From Prevotellaceae bacterium (GTDB taxonomy: Bacteria > Bacteroidota > Bacteroidia > Bacteroidales > Paludibacteraceae), in NCBI GenBank assembly GCA_031271815.1, contig JAISVA010000033.1, forward strand, positions 121,234-185,233: 64,000 nucleotides of DNA, given 5' to 3'. Below the pieces are notes generated by a model. That model worked only from the letters and a program-made list of their open reading frames with translations. It had not been told where the DNA came from and searched no databases. Shown here one piece after another: positions 1 through 10,200 of the stretch. Both the position numbers and the translations under genes were made by a program. The first letter of the stretch is position 1; the number at the start of each line of letters is the position of its first letter.

Positions 1-2651
1 ATTTCCCCTATTGGAACATGGACTGGCGGGGCGAAAATTCGCTTTATTTGTATTGGAATCGCTCACGTGCAAAAGAGGTTATTTTTTCGTATGATAAAAT
101 ACCCGGCATGTATTTTGAATCGTCCTATGCAGGAGGTCCAAGAATTTTTCGCAACAGTATGTCCCTTGGCAACAACATATCTTCAGAAGTAGATAATATT
201 GTTGTGATGGAGGATGCGGATGCGGCTGCTCCTGTGCAAAAAGAGATGAGAGTACGAGCAACAGGCGCTGTTCAGGAACTTGCAGAAGTTGCTTACAATG
301 AAGAAGCCGGTGGAGTTTCCACACCGCCTGAAAACGTCCAGCTCCGCACCAACTTTGCCGAAACCGCCTTCTTCTACCCGCAGCTGAAAACGAACGATAA
401 GGGCGAAGTGCTGCTCTCCTTTACCGTTCCCGAAAGCCTGACGCGCTGGCGCTTTATGGGACTGGCGCATACCGCCGATTTATATACGGGACAAGTTGAA
501 AAAGAAGTGGTTACCCAAAAATCGCTGATGGTAATGCCGAATCTGCCGCGCTTTCTGCGTCAGGGCGATAATTGTGTGCTGACTGCCAAAGTCATCAACC
601 TTTCCGAAACAAGTCAGCAGGGAAAAGCCACGTTTGAACTGATTGACCCGGAAACCGAAAAAGTGATACTTGTCAAAAGCGTTGATTTTAATGTGGATGC
701 CGGAAAAACGGAAGTTGTTTCATGGTCGTTCAGCGTGCCGGAAAATCAGGAAATCGTTACCTGCCGGATTACCGGAAAATCGAAAACCCATTCCGACGGC
801 GAACAGCGGATGCTGCCTGTTTTATCCGATAAAATATTGATAACCGAAAGCATGCCGATGACTGTCCGCAGCAGCGAGACGCGAACATTTACTTTTGACA
901 AATTAAAAAACAGCAAGTCCAATACATTGCAAAATAAGTTGCTGGAGCTGGAATTTACCGCCAATCCGGCATGGTATGCCGTGCAGGCGCTGCCTTCCGT
1001 TACCGTACCCGAATCGCCAAACGCCTTTTCGCTGACGGGCGCTTATTATGCAAGCACGCTGGCAACGCACATCGCCCGTTCACAGCCGAAAATTGCAGCG
1101 ATGATTGAGGTTTGGAAAAAGCAGGGCGGCACAAAAGAGACGCTGCTTTCCAACCTTCAAAAGAATCAGGAGCTGAAAAACGTGCTGCTGGAAGAGACAC
1201 CCTGGGTATTGGAAGCAAAAGACGAAACCGAACAGAAACAGCGGCTTTCCCTGCTTTTCGACTTAAATACGCAAGAAGAAAACGCAGCGGAAATGATGAC
1301 GAAATTGCGCGAATTGCAGTTGCCGGACGGCTCGTTCCCGTGGTTTGCGCGCATGTCGGGAAGCCGCTATGTAACGGCATATCTGTTGAATCAGCTGGCG
1401 CGTTTATCCAAATTGGGCGCGGCGGAATTTGACAGTGAAGTAAAGCAAATGCAGCTCCGAGCTTTGAATTATTTAGATGGGGAAATACAGCGCGATTATG
1501 AAAATTTGAAGAAATATTCCAAGGATTTCAAAAACGCAAAAATAAATTCCGAACAGCTCTATTATCAGGTTGTCAGAAGCGCTTACCGCGACATTCCGGT
1601 TGCGAAAAATGCGCTCGAAGCCAATAAATTTTATTACGGTTTGATAAAAACGCAATGGACGGAATTCGGCTTGTATGAAAAAGCGATGGCAGCTCTCGCA
1701 TCCTATAATAATGGCGATGCGGAAATTGCAAAAAAAATCGTCAACTCATTGCGCGAACACGCTACGATGACCGACGAAATGGGCATGTTTTGGGATAAAA
1801 ACCGTACAGGTTATTTCTGGAACCAGTCGGCAATCGCCACGCTGACTGCTATTCTGGACGCTTTCGCCCAGATAGACCCAAAAACGGAAGAACTGAGCGA
1901 AATGCGCATCTGGCTCCTGAAACAGAAGCAAACGCAGCGCTGGGAAAGCACGACTGCGACGGTTGATGCCATTTATGCGCTGCTGCTCCGCGGCGATAAC
2001 TGGCTTTCTGCCGACAATAGAGTAACGATACAAATGGGCGGAAAAACAATCGTTCCTCAAAACCCGGAAGCGGGAACTGGTTACTTTACAGAAATAATTT
2101 CAGGAAGTGAAATTCGTCCCGAACTGGGCGAAGTACGCATCACAAAAGAAGGAAATGGCATCGCCTGGGGCGCACTTTACTGGCAATATCTGGAGGAACT
2201 GGACAAAGTAGAAAAAGCCAAAACCGCCCTGCATATCGAGAAAACGATGATGCTGGAAAAAGTAACTGCCAAAGGCCGCGAGTTGCAGCCAGTCACGGAG
2301 AAAACGGCATTGAAAGTGGGCGATAAGGTCATCGTCCGGTTAGTCATCCGCACCGACCGCGATTTGGAATTTGTGGCGCTTAAAGACCAGCGCGCCGCGT
2401 GTCTCGAACCGGTTTCGCAGCTTTCCGGCTATCAGTACAGGGAAGGATTAGGTTATTATCAGAGTCCGAAAGACGCTTCAATGCAGTATTTCTTCGACCG
2501 CCTGCCGCAGGGAACTTACGTGATGGAATACCCGCTGTGGGTAACAAACGCGGGCGAATATACGAACGGGATTACCACGCTTCAGTGCCTGTATGCGCCT
2601 GAGTTTGTGTCGCATACGGAAAGTGTGAAGTTGAGGGTTCTGGATCATTAA
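1..2651 (+). CDS. alpha-2-macroglobulin family protein, C-terminal ~880 aa (5' end lies upstream of the window)
   Basis: The reading frame is open to base 1, so the true start lies upstream. The translation has the beta-sandwich/alpha-helical composition typical of bacterial A2M/MG-domain proteins (e.g. LPDGSFPWFARMSG). No CGEQ thioester motif is visible in this part. Confidence 0.7.
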   Translation, partial: FPYWNMDWRGENSLYLYWNRSRAKEVIFSYDKIPGMYFESSYAGGPRIFRNSMSLGNNISSEVDNIVVMEDADAAAPVQKEMRVRATGAVQELAEVAYNEEAGGVSTPPENVQLRTNFAETAFFYPQLKTNDKGEVLLSFTVPESLTRWRFMGLAHTADLYTGQVEKEVVTQKSLMVMPNLPRFLRQGDNCVLTAKVINLSETSQQGKATFELIDPETEKVILVKSVDFNVDAGKTEVVSWSFSVPENQEIVTCRITGKSKTHSDGEQRMLPVLSDKILITESMPMTVRSSETRTFTFDKLKNSKSNTLQNKLLELEFTANPAWYAVQALPSVTVPESPNAFSLTGAYYASTLATHIARSQPKIAAMIEVWKKQGGTKETLLSNLQKNQELKNVLLEETPWVLEAKDETEQKQRLSLLFDLNTQEENAAEMMTKLRELQLPDGSFPWFARMSGSRYVTAYLLNQLARLSKLGAAEFDSEVKQMQLRALNYLDGEIQRDYENLKKYSKDFKNAKINSEQLYYQVVRSAYRDIPVAKNALEANKFYYGLIKTQWTEFGLYEKAMAALASYNNGDAEIAKKIVNSLREHATMTDEMGMFWDKNRTGYFWNQSAIATLTAILDAFAQIDPKTEELSEMRIWLLKQKQTQRWESTTATVDAIYALLLRGDNWLSADNRVTIQMGGKTIVPQNPEAGTGYFTEIISGSEIRPELGEVRITKEGNGIAWGALYWQYLEELDKVEKAKTALHIEKTMMLEKVTAKGRELQPVTEKTALKVGDKVIVRLVIRTDRDLEFVALKDQRAACLEPVSQLSGYQYREGLGYYQSPKDASMQYFFDRLPQGTYVMEYPLWVTNAGEYTNGITTLQCLYAPEFVSHTESVKLRVLDH

Positions 2652-2719
2652 AATTTCTATATTTTGGGGGTAGAGTGGAAAATTGATCGTATTTTTGTTG
2701 CTGTAACTAATACACAATT

Positions 2720-2980
2720 ATGATGAACCCAAAACAGAAAAGCAACCACCTTTCCGACTATCTCAAAAGTAACCGGAAAGGAAGCCGGGAAGCCGAATTG
2801 ATGGTTTCGCCGGGCTGGACGGCAAAAGACCGTCCGCACAAAAACAGGAAAATGTATGACAGAAAACGCGAAAAGCGGGATTGGAAAAATGATGGCTCCA
2901 ATCCCGCTTTTAGTTTGTCTGAACGGGGATTTTTACAATATTTATCAGATTATCAGGATTTCGCCTTTGCTATCTTGTGA
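2720..2980 (+). CDS. hypothetical small basic protein (86 aa), doubtful
   Basis: Intergenic ORF, very K/R-rich, with no recognisable motif. May be non-coding. Confidence 0.2.
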   Translation: MMNPKQKSNHLSDYLKSNRKGSREAELMVSPGWTAKDRPHKNRKMYDRKREKRDWKNDGSNPAFSLSERGFLQYLSDYQDFAFAIL

Positions 2981-3008
2981 ATCTTTTTAATCTTGTAAAA
3001 ATTCCGGT

Positions 3009-3746
3009 TCAGGACAATTTTATCCCTTCAACCACCGCCTGCTCCGTTTTTTCAAAAACTTCAGCAAAAGGCGTATCCTTTACCGGAATAGGGTCGTGAA
3101 TCGTGAGGGTGATTTTATTTCCAAGTCCCATCGGGAAAGCTCCCCATCGCGTCATTTTCCACGAATTGTTGATTGAAACGGGAACCATATAAGCGGAAGG
3201 AGCGTACTTGCAAAGAATTTTCAGCCCGTTTTCGGCAAATGGCTTTGGTTTGCCGGTTTTGCTTCTTGTGCCTTCGGGAAATATGACTACTGTCCGCCTG
3301 GTTTTCTCTATGTATTGCCCTATTTCCCTGATGGCGGATAGAGATTGTTTTGCGTCTTTCCGGTCAATGAGTACCGAACCGCCGTGCCTCAAATTATATG
3401 ATACGCTTGGAATTCCTTTGCCTAACTCTTTTTTACTGATAAATTTGGGATGGAATTTTCGTAAAAACCAGCCAATGGTCGTAATATCATACAGGCTCTG
3501 ATGATTGGCAGCGATAATCAAAGGCACACCTGCCGGGAGTTTATGCCGGTTCTCAATTTTATACCTTGTTCCGAGTACCAGCGTGTTGGTTACCAGGAAA
3601 AAATACATGGCATCTACGCTTTTCTTGTGTGCGCTGTAACCAAACAGGTTGAGGCTCATCCATTGAATGATGTGAAATATCAACAGCGTCATTCCGAACA
3701 AAAAGTAATAAATGACGGATAGCGGATATGATATTAATTTTTGCAT
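3009..3746 (-). CDS. plsC: 1-acyl-sn-glycerol-3-phosphate acyltransferase (lysophospholipid acyltransferase family)
   Basis: N-terminal TM helix. HX4D acyltransferase motif (AANHQSLYD) and FPEGTRS motif. Its ATG lies 3 nt from the stop of the upstream fabK-like gene, so the two are likely co-transcribed. Confidence 0.75.
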   Translation of the reverse strand: MQKLISYPLSVIYYFLFGMTLLIFHIIQWMSLNLFGYSAHKKSVDAMYFFLVTNTLVLGTRYKIENRHKLPAGVPLIIAANHQSLYDITTIGWFLRKFHPKFISKKELGKGIPSVSYNLRHGGSVLIDRKDAKQSLSAIREIGQYIEKTRRTVVIFPEGTRSKTGKPKPFAENGLKILCKYAPSAYMVPVSINNSWKMTRWGAFPMGLGNKITLTIHDPIPVKDTPFAEVFEKTEQAVVEGIKLS

Positions 3747-3749
3747 TTT

Positions 3750-4829
3750 TTACACAACCCCTAATTTTGCATTCAAAAATTCTGCTTTCAATTTTTCAAT
3801 AACTTCTTTTACGCTTGATATTTTTTTCGATAAATGCACATTCGCACCCGAAAAAGCGTACCCTTTTTTCATATTGCCTCTTGCGGCATTGTAGAGAGCC
3901 ATAATGATGCAATACGGACTTTTGGAATAATCGCATGTTTTTATACAGTGGAAAGGACAGTTTTTCGGTACTTCCCGACCTTCTTCTACGCTTTTGATAA
4001 ATTCGCCGTCAATCGCTCTTCCGGGCATTCCTACCGGACTTTGAATGATTTTTACATCTTCGCGCCTGGCATTCACAAAAACCTTTTTGAAATCTTCGGA
4101 TGCGTCGCATTCGGTCGTAGTTACGAACATCGTTCCCATTTGTACGCCCGAAGCGCCCAAATCCATAAAGCGGCGTATGTCTTCTCCGGTAGAAATTCCG
4201 CCGGCGGCAATGACCGGGATGTTTTTCTCTTCTTTGTATGAAGAGGCCACGTTTACCACTTCCGGAATCAGGTGTTCCAGCGAATATTGTTCATTTTCGA
4301 TCTGTTCTACTTTGAATCCCAGGTGCCCGCCGGCTTTCGGACCTTCTACTACGATGGCGTCCGGCAAATAATTGTAATTATTTTTCCATTTGCTGCAAAT
4401 AATTTGTGCAGCGCGTGAGGAAGATACAATCGGCACTAATTTCGTTTTGCTCTCGCCGTTCAGGTAAGACGGCAGATCGAATGGAAGCCCGGCTCCGGCA
4501 AATATCACATCCACTTTTTCCGAGATAGCTGTTTTTACCATATCGGCATAGTTGCTGAGGGCAACCATAATATTTACTCCGACAGTTCCTTTGGTCTTTT
4601 CTTTTGCTTTCCGGATTTCCTCTTTCAAGCCCAGAATACACTTGTTCAGGTAATCGCCTGGAAATTTATTATAAATCACCCCTAATCCGGCGGCAGAAAT
4701 CACGCCGATGCCTCCTTCATTGGCAACCGCTGAGGCTAATCCGGAAAGTGAAACGCCAACGCCCATACCGCCCTGTATGATGGGCAACTTGATTTCTTTA
4801 TCTCCAATAAAAAATGATTTCATCCACAA
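3750..4829 (-). CDS. fabK: nitronate monooxygenase family flavoprotein (FabK-like enoyl-ACP reductase II)
   Basis: N-terminus LPIIQGGMGVGVS, FMN-binding TIM-barrel pattern, IAAGGI motif. Adjacent to plsC, consistent with a lipid-synthesis context. Confidence 0.7.
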   Translation of the reverse strand: MWMKSFFIGDKEIKLPIIQGGMGVGVSLSGLASAVANEGGIGVISAAGLGVIYNKFPGDYLNKCILGLKEEIRKAKEKTKGTVGVNIMVALSNYADMVKTAISEKVDVIFAGAGLPFDLPSYLNGESKTKLVPIVSSSRAAQIICSKWKNNYNYLPDAIVVEGPKAGGHLGFKVEQIENEQYSLEHLIPEVVNVASSYKEEKNIPVIAAGGISTGEDIRRFMDLGASGVQMGTMFVTTTECDASEDFKKVFVNARREDVKIIQSPVGMPGRAIDGEFIKSVEEGREVPKNCPFHCIKTCDYSKSPYCIIMALYNAARGNMKKGYAFSGANVHLSKKISSVKEVIEKLKAEFLNAKLGVV

Positions 4830-5066
4830 CTAATTTTTAGCGACGACAAAGGTAATGAAAGATTGAAGAAAATAATGCGTTTTTTGCTTGAAAAAATTAA
4901 ATTCTTTTGTATATGTTGTATAAATTGAAGCAGATTAACATTCTTCGCTATATAATATCATCCTGTTGGAGACTTGGAAATCCCCAAAAGATGACATTAT
5001 ACGGCACTGGGTGTTACCTTGCCTGACTACTTGCAAATTGGGTGATAATGTATGGTGTTGTAATGG

Positions 5067-7124
5067 TTAAAAAGTTATTTCGTTGCTGTAAATCGCTTTT
5101 GAAGATCGCTCGGCAATTGCGCGTACAATGTAAATATACTTGCTTCCGATGCTGACATCCGGGTCAATATAGAAAAAGTTATTCGGACCTATGGAGGCAA
5201 CCGGAAGCATACGCCCGTTTTCGCCTTCCTTGCGGTAAATCACAGTGCGGGTAAGTTTGCAATCGCTTGTTCGTTCCCATCTTAGTTGAATCTGTTTTTT
5301 CTCTGTGCGCTCAATTTCAACCGTCAAATTACCGATGCAAGGCGGAAGTTCGCCTTTGAAAAAATAGGGTAAACTCCTTTTTTCGGACATGTTGCCCGAT
5401 TCGTCGTAACTGCGGATGACATACCTGATCGGAGTCTCCGGTTTAAACTCGAAAGGATCGGTATAAGAAGAGACAAGTTGGGGAACGATCCACTCCTGCA
5501 ACTGTTCGAGCGAATCCGAATGGTTGATGCTGCGATACAACTCCACCCGTTTTAAGTCTAAGCTGGAACTGTTGTCCCATGCTATTACCATTTTGCCGTT
5601 AAGTTGTTCTACCTTTGTAAACAGCGCTGCAACCGGTGGAAGGGTATCCGGCTTCATCAATTTTATCGCATCCGACAACTTGGACGGGTTGTAATTCCGG
5701 TCAAAAGCCGCTACTTTGTAATAAATATCGTTGGTCAAGGTATTTAACGGCAAGGTGTCGGAAAAAGCAGTATCGGGCAGAATTTTCCGCATGGCATTGA
5801 TAAAGTCGCCATCCCGTCCGCTGTTGGATACAAATACCTGGTATCCGAGTATATCATCTTCCTTATTTGGCTGCCATGAAAGACGTGCGATTCCGGTCGA
5901 GTCGATATATCCTTTCAAACCAGCCGGAGTAGCCGGCGGAATGGTATCTACCCTTGTTCTGAAATAAATATCGGATTCAGCCACCTGTCCCTCCGATTTC
6001 CCATAGGCAATGATTTGGTAATAGTTGGATTTTCCGGGTTTCGTATCTTTGAAATTTCTTACGCTTGGCGACAACATTTTATTATTGAGCGTGGTAAAGC
6101 CCGATTTAAAATCGGTGGTTCGCCGCACGTCAAATCCTTTGATACGCTTTTCCAGCATGTTGTCCATCTTCCAGGATATGCCGGCATGCTCTGTTCCGAA
6201 AATGACTGTATCTATGCGCAGGACTACATCGCTGAAGTCAGGTTCTCCTCTACCTTTTACCACCTTTGAAACGGGTCCGTACATGCCGAAAGGGGAGTAG
6301 CCCGATAAACGATAATAGTGCATAGAGGTTCTGTTTAGTAACGTGTCGCGGAAGTTGGCGGTAAATTCAAACCGGTCGTCGGTATATCCGTGTACGATGG
6401 GACGTTCTTTTACCGGCTCAAAGCGGATGCTGTCCAGGCTGCGTTCGATGCGGTAGCCGGAGTAGAATCCTACAAACCGGTCGATGGGCCACGAAAAGGC
6501 CACGTCGGATTTTCCGAATTTTGCGTCAAATATTTCGGGGGCAGGCAATACGCTTTTTACCTGCATATTCACTTCCACCTCGCGTACGTTTTGTAGTCTT
6601 CGACCGGTTTCGAATATCACGCGGTACTGGTAAACGGCTTGCTTGTCAGCTTTTCTGTCCACAAAATGTAAAGCGGCAGCTTGTGCCAATTCTACTGAGA
6701 GATCGCAGGCATAAAGTGACATGGCAAATAAGAGGTTGTCTTCAAATTCCGCTTCGGATTCGGTACGAGGTAATCCATCCGAGTCGCGTTCATTGCGATA
6801 GAGCAATTCACGCACGGCAGCGGCATCCGGATTGTTCAGTTCCAGGATGGCAAAACTTTCATTGCTTGCCGGGATGAGCACGGGCGAAATGGAAGTCCAC
6901 TCGCTTTCGCCTTTTGTGCGACGCTGCACAGTATAGCCCTGCCTGGCGCCTTCGAGCATTGCATCAGCATCGGTGGGTGTCCAGCGTAAAGAGACCGAGT
7001 CGCCGTGGTTGAAATAGAGCAATTCGATTTCCTTCTCATTTTTCTCATTTTGTGCCTGCAGCCACACCGGAAAGGTAAAAGCAACCGCAAAGCACATTAT
7101 CCATGTTTTTAATATCTGTTTCAT
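5067..7124 (-). CDS. secreted protein with several fibronectin type III-like repeats (685 aa)
   Basis: Signal peptide MKQILKTWIMCFAVAFTFPVWLQAQ. Repeated ~90-aa beta-sandwich units with W/Y spacing typical of FN3. Sits 110 nt downstream of the 1488-aa gene on the same strand. Confidence 0.6.
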   Translation of the reverse strand: MKQILKTWIMCFAVAFTFPVWLQAQNEKNEKEIELLYFNHGDSVSLRWTPTDADAMLEGARQGYTVQRRTKGESEWTSISPVLIPASNESFAILELNNPDAAAVRELLYRNERDSDGLPRTESEAEFEDNLLFAMSLYACDLSVELAQAAALHFVDRKADKQAVYQYRVIFETGRRLQNVREVEVNMQVKSVLPAPEIFDAKFGKSDVAFSWPIDRFVGFYSGYRIERSLDSIRFEPVKERPIVHGYTDDRFEFTANFRDTLLNRTSMHYYRLSGYSPFGMYGPVSKVVKGRGEPDFSDVVLRIDTVIFGTEHAGISWKMDNMLEKRIKGFDVRRTTDFKSGFTTLNNKMLSPSVRNFKDTKPGKSNYYQIIAYGKSEGQVAESDIYFRTRVDTIPPATPAGLKGYIDSTGIARLSWQPNKEDDILGYQVFVSNSGRDGDFINAMRKILPDTAFSDTLPLNTLTNDIYYKVAAFDRNYNPSKLSDAIKLMKPDTLPPVAALFTKVEQLNGKMVIAWDNSSSLDLKRVELYRSINHSDSLEQLQEWIVPQLVSSYTDPFEFKPETPIRYVIRSYDESGNMSEKRSLPYFFKGELPPCIGNLTVEIERTEKKQIQLRWERTSDCKLTRTVIYRKEGENGRMLPVASIGPNNFFYIDPDVSIGSKYIYIVRAIAERSSKAIYSNEITF

Positions 7125-7233
7125 ACGAGATTATTTATTTTTTATTATTGTCGTACGAAACCCACGGGGACTTCATTATCTTGGATGAACGTTAGTTCGA
7201 GTGGGTTTCATCTGTTTATTTCTTATTTGTTTT

Positions 7234-10200
7234 TTATTCAAAACACATACCGCTGCCATCCGAACAGGCAGGCGCCCAGTCGCAAGTTTTGCCGCCTTCA
7301 AATTTCGTATTTGCATTTCCTTTTACCAGTCCGCCGAGTACTTTGTACTTGAATGAAATACCACCGGATACATAATACGGCTTCGGAATTTCGGCTTGTA
7401 AGCCGGCAAGTACGCTGAATTCGACCACTTCAAACCGTTTGCTTCTGACTTTGACTCCTGCGCCGGCGCCCAGATAGAAGAATGCGTTTACACCGGCTCG
7501 GTAATGGCTGCCTCCCGGTTGGCAGGTTTCTTCTTCTTTGTACAAGACATATCCGTCGGTACCTCCGCTCAATTCAACAAAGGCATAGATAAACTTGTCG
7601 AAACCAACGTCCACAGTCATCTTGAGTCCGAACGCCAAGCCCCTGCCGGCTTTTGCATCTGCCGGACTGCCTGCATTATAACCGTGGAAGCCAAATTCCG
7701 TAATCAGGTTTTTGTCTAACGGCTCAATGTATGACGGCATTTTACCCAGCATAAAGTAGGTTTGTCCTTCTGCCAGATCAATGAATTTCAGTCTTACCGG
7801 TTCCGTATTGGATCCCACGTGGAACCACCACTCGTCCGGATCGGTATGCAATACGATTTTAGCTTGACCGGTTAAAAGTTTCGTATCGACATTAACTCCG
7901 GCATCCATGTGGAAAATCTTTTGTATGTGATTGTACTCCATGTTGACAAATCCGTTCAATAACGAACTTTCTTTATCTTTGCCGAGCATATTCAGTAATC
8001 CCCTGATGGTCATATAGCTTAATCCTCCTCCGGAAGCAAACGCTATTTCGAGCTCGGCATTTATGATTACCAGGTTTTCATTTGCCACATTTAATCCCAC
8101 GCCTACGATAAATCCTAAGGAAGTTTCATTGTCCGGAATATAATCCGGCACCATCAATTTGTCGCCGTTTCTGACGCTTTTTCCTCTTACCTGGCTCATT
8201 TTGCTGAATAAGCCACCCTTTATGGATTGTAAGTTTACCGAAGGAGGGAAAATCAGGATTCCACTACCGAATGAAGCTTCTATCACTCCGAACCAATAAC
8301 GGAAGGAGCCTTGCTCCGAATCAGGCAACAGGATGCCGCCGACGCCTTCACTTCCTTTTCTTACATATTCATCCAGCGTTTTTCCGAACCTGAATTCGGC
8401 GCTTGCAGAAATATCAATCGGTTTAATGGTTAATGCTATATCGCCTTTTAATCCTCTTCCGTATATCGGATCCGGTATCGGATCTCCATACTTCTCAATA
8501 CTTCCTTTTAATGCGAATACGGAGAAGTCAATATCGACAGCGATTTTGTCGAGACTTAATCCTTTTATTTCCCAATCGTGTGCTACGTCCGACAGGAATT
8601 TGAATTTTCCGCCAACGGAAGCGCCCAGTCCGTCGCCGATGAGTTCGACGGTCATTTCAGCAGTGAAATAAGCTAAATCCGTCTTCTTGTCGTATCCGGC
8701 TCCTAAGCTGTTCAGCGCCATCCGGAGTCCGCCGATGGTATAATCGGCGCTACCTGCGAGTGCGAAATTTCCGTCTCTGAGGTATGGTTTGCGGGATGAA
8801 ATGGTTAAATTCTCGAAACGTAACTCATCTAATCTTACAAATGAAGTTTTAAATGTAACGTAACCGTTCAGTACCAGTTCGACAGCTCCGCGTTTGACTT
8901 TGACCGTATCAACAGGTGTAATCCCATCTTCGGCATAATTTATTTTATCTTCGTTCTTATTCGTAAATGAAAGCGAGCAACCTTGTTTCAGCACTAATTG
9001 TGCATTTTCGGTAAAAGGAATGTTCAACTGTTTGTCCGCACCCAACGCAGCTCTTGCTTCCATCTCGAACCCGGTCTTTTTTTGATAGTAGAACCGTCCG
9101 TCCAAGTCAATATTCCAGTTATTATTTTCTGCATCTTCTTTTTCCGGATCCTGTGCCGCTTTTATTTCTACGTTTCCTTTCAGGAAGCCCGATTCAAATT
9201 TACTTTTCAGGATGGACATGCCAACCTGATCAATGGAAACTACCATACTTTTGCTGTTGACAATCTTACCGTCTTCTCCCAGACTGGCAAAAAATTCTCC
9301 GGTAAACCCATATTCGTCAAACAGTACGTTTTTGACATTTATTTCAATCGGATCCGGTTCTGCTGCATCATCATTTTCCTGTTGTCCCGACAGATCCGGT
9401 GGAAATTTCACACTCAACTCTTTCAGGGCAAATCCGGTCCAAAGATCGTCGCCGTCATCGCCAAAGTCGGTCGAATAGTTGGTTGGGAAAGCGAAGCCTT
9501 CGGCGTTGCGTACGGTACTTAAATCGAGCAAGGCATCGTGGACGGTATAAATAAAATCGCCCGTAAAGTCTAACTTAAACGAATTGGGGAATTCTACTTT
9601 GACAATCATATCGTCCAAATCGGTAGCGAAAAGAGAAAAATGGGCGGATACTTTTGTGGTGTCCATTATCTGATCATTTTCTTCATTGGGTTTTATCAGG
9701 TCATCTCCATTTCTATCAATTGCTATGGAGTTCATGAATACGAATTCACCAGCCAGCGACAGTTCACGGAAACCGTTACAGTCTATACCGACGTATGATT
9801 TCGATGTGTCGGGTACGAGATAAACCTTTCTGTTAAACATAGGTATACTGTCGACTTTTTGGTTATCATTGCCGAAATGCATGGTTAATTTTGTCATATC
9901 CGGACCTTCTTCACCTCCCTTCCTTCCTGAAAAGATAATGTCGTTGCCTTTGAATGTCAGCTTGGTAACTCCACTGTTATCATAAGACGAAAACGGCAAT
10001 TGAAATTCCGCCCTGGCATCGTATGCAATGTAATTGTTTTCTCCATGATCATCGGGAGCGATTCCGGTGGTTGTTCTATGGCTGCGCATCTCTTCAATGG
10101 TAAGCCTTATTGATGTTTTTCCGTATCCGCCCTGAAAACCGACAGGGGCGTAAAATTGTTTACTGAAACCGGCTAATGTTGCTGCTTCTATTATAATCTC

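Noticed and set aside
7156-7210. Hairpin between the 1488-aa and 685-aa genes (cgaaacccac…gtgggtttca)
   Set aside because: - The stem is only 9-10 bp with a ~35-nt loop and no U-tract.
- Too weak to call a terminator or attenuator with confidence.
8998-9522. 174-aa plus-strand ORF inside the 1488-aa gene
   Set aside because: Antisense shadow ORF with a low-complexity Phe/Cys-rich product.
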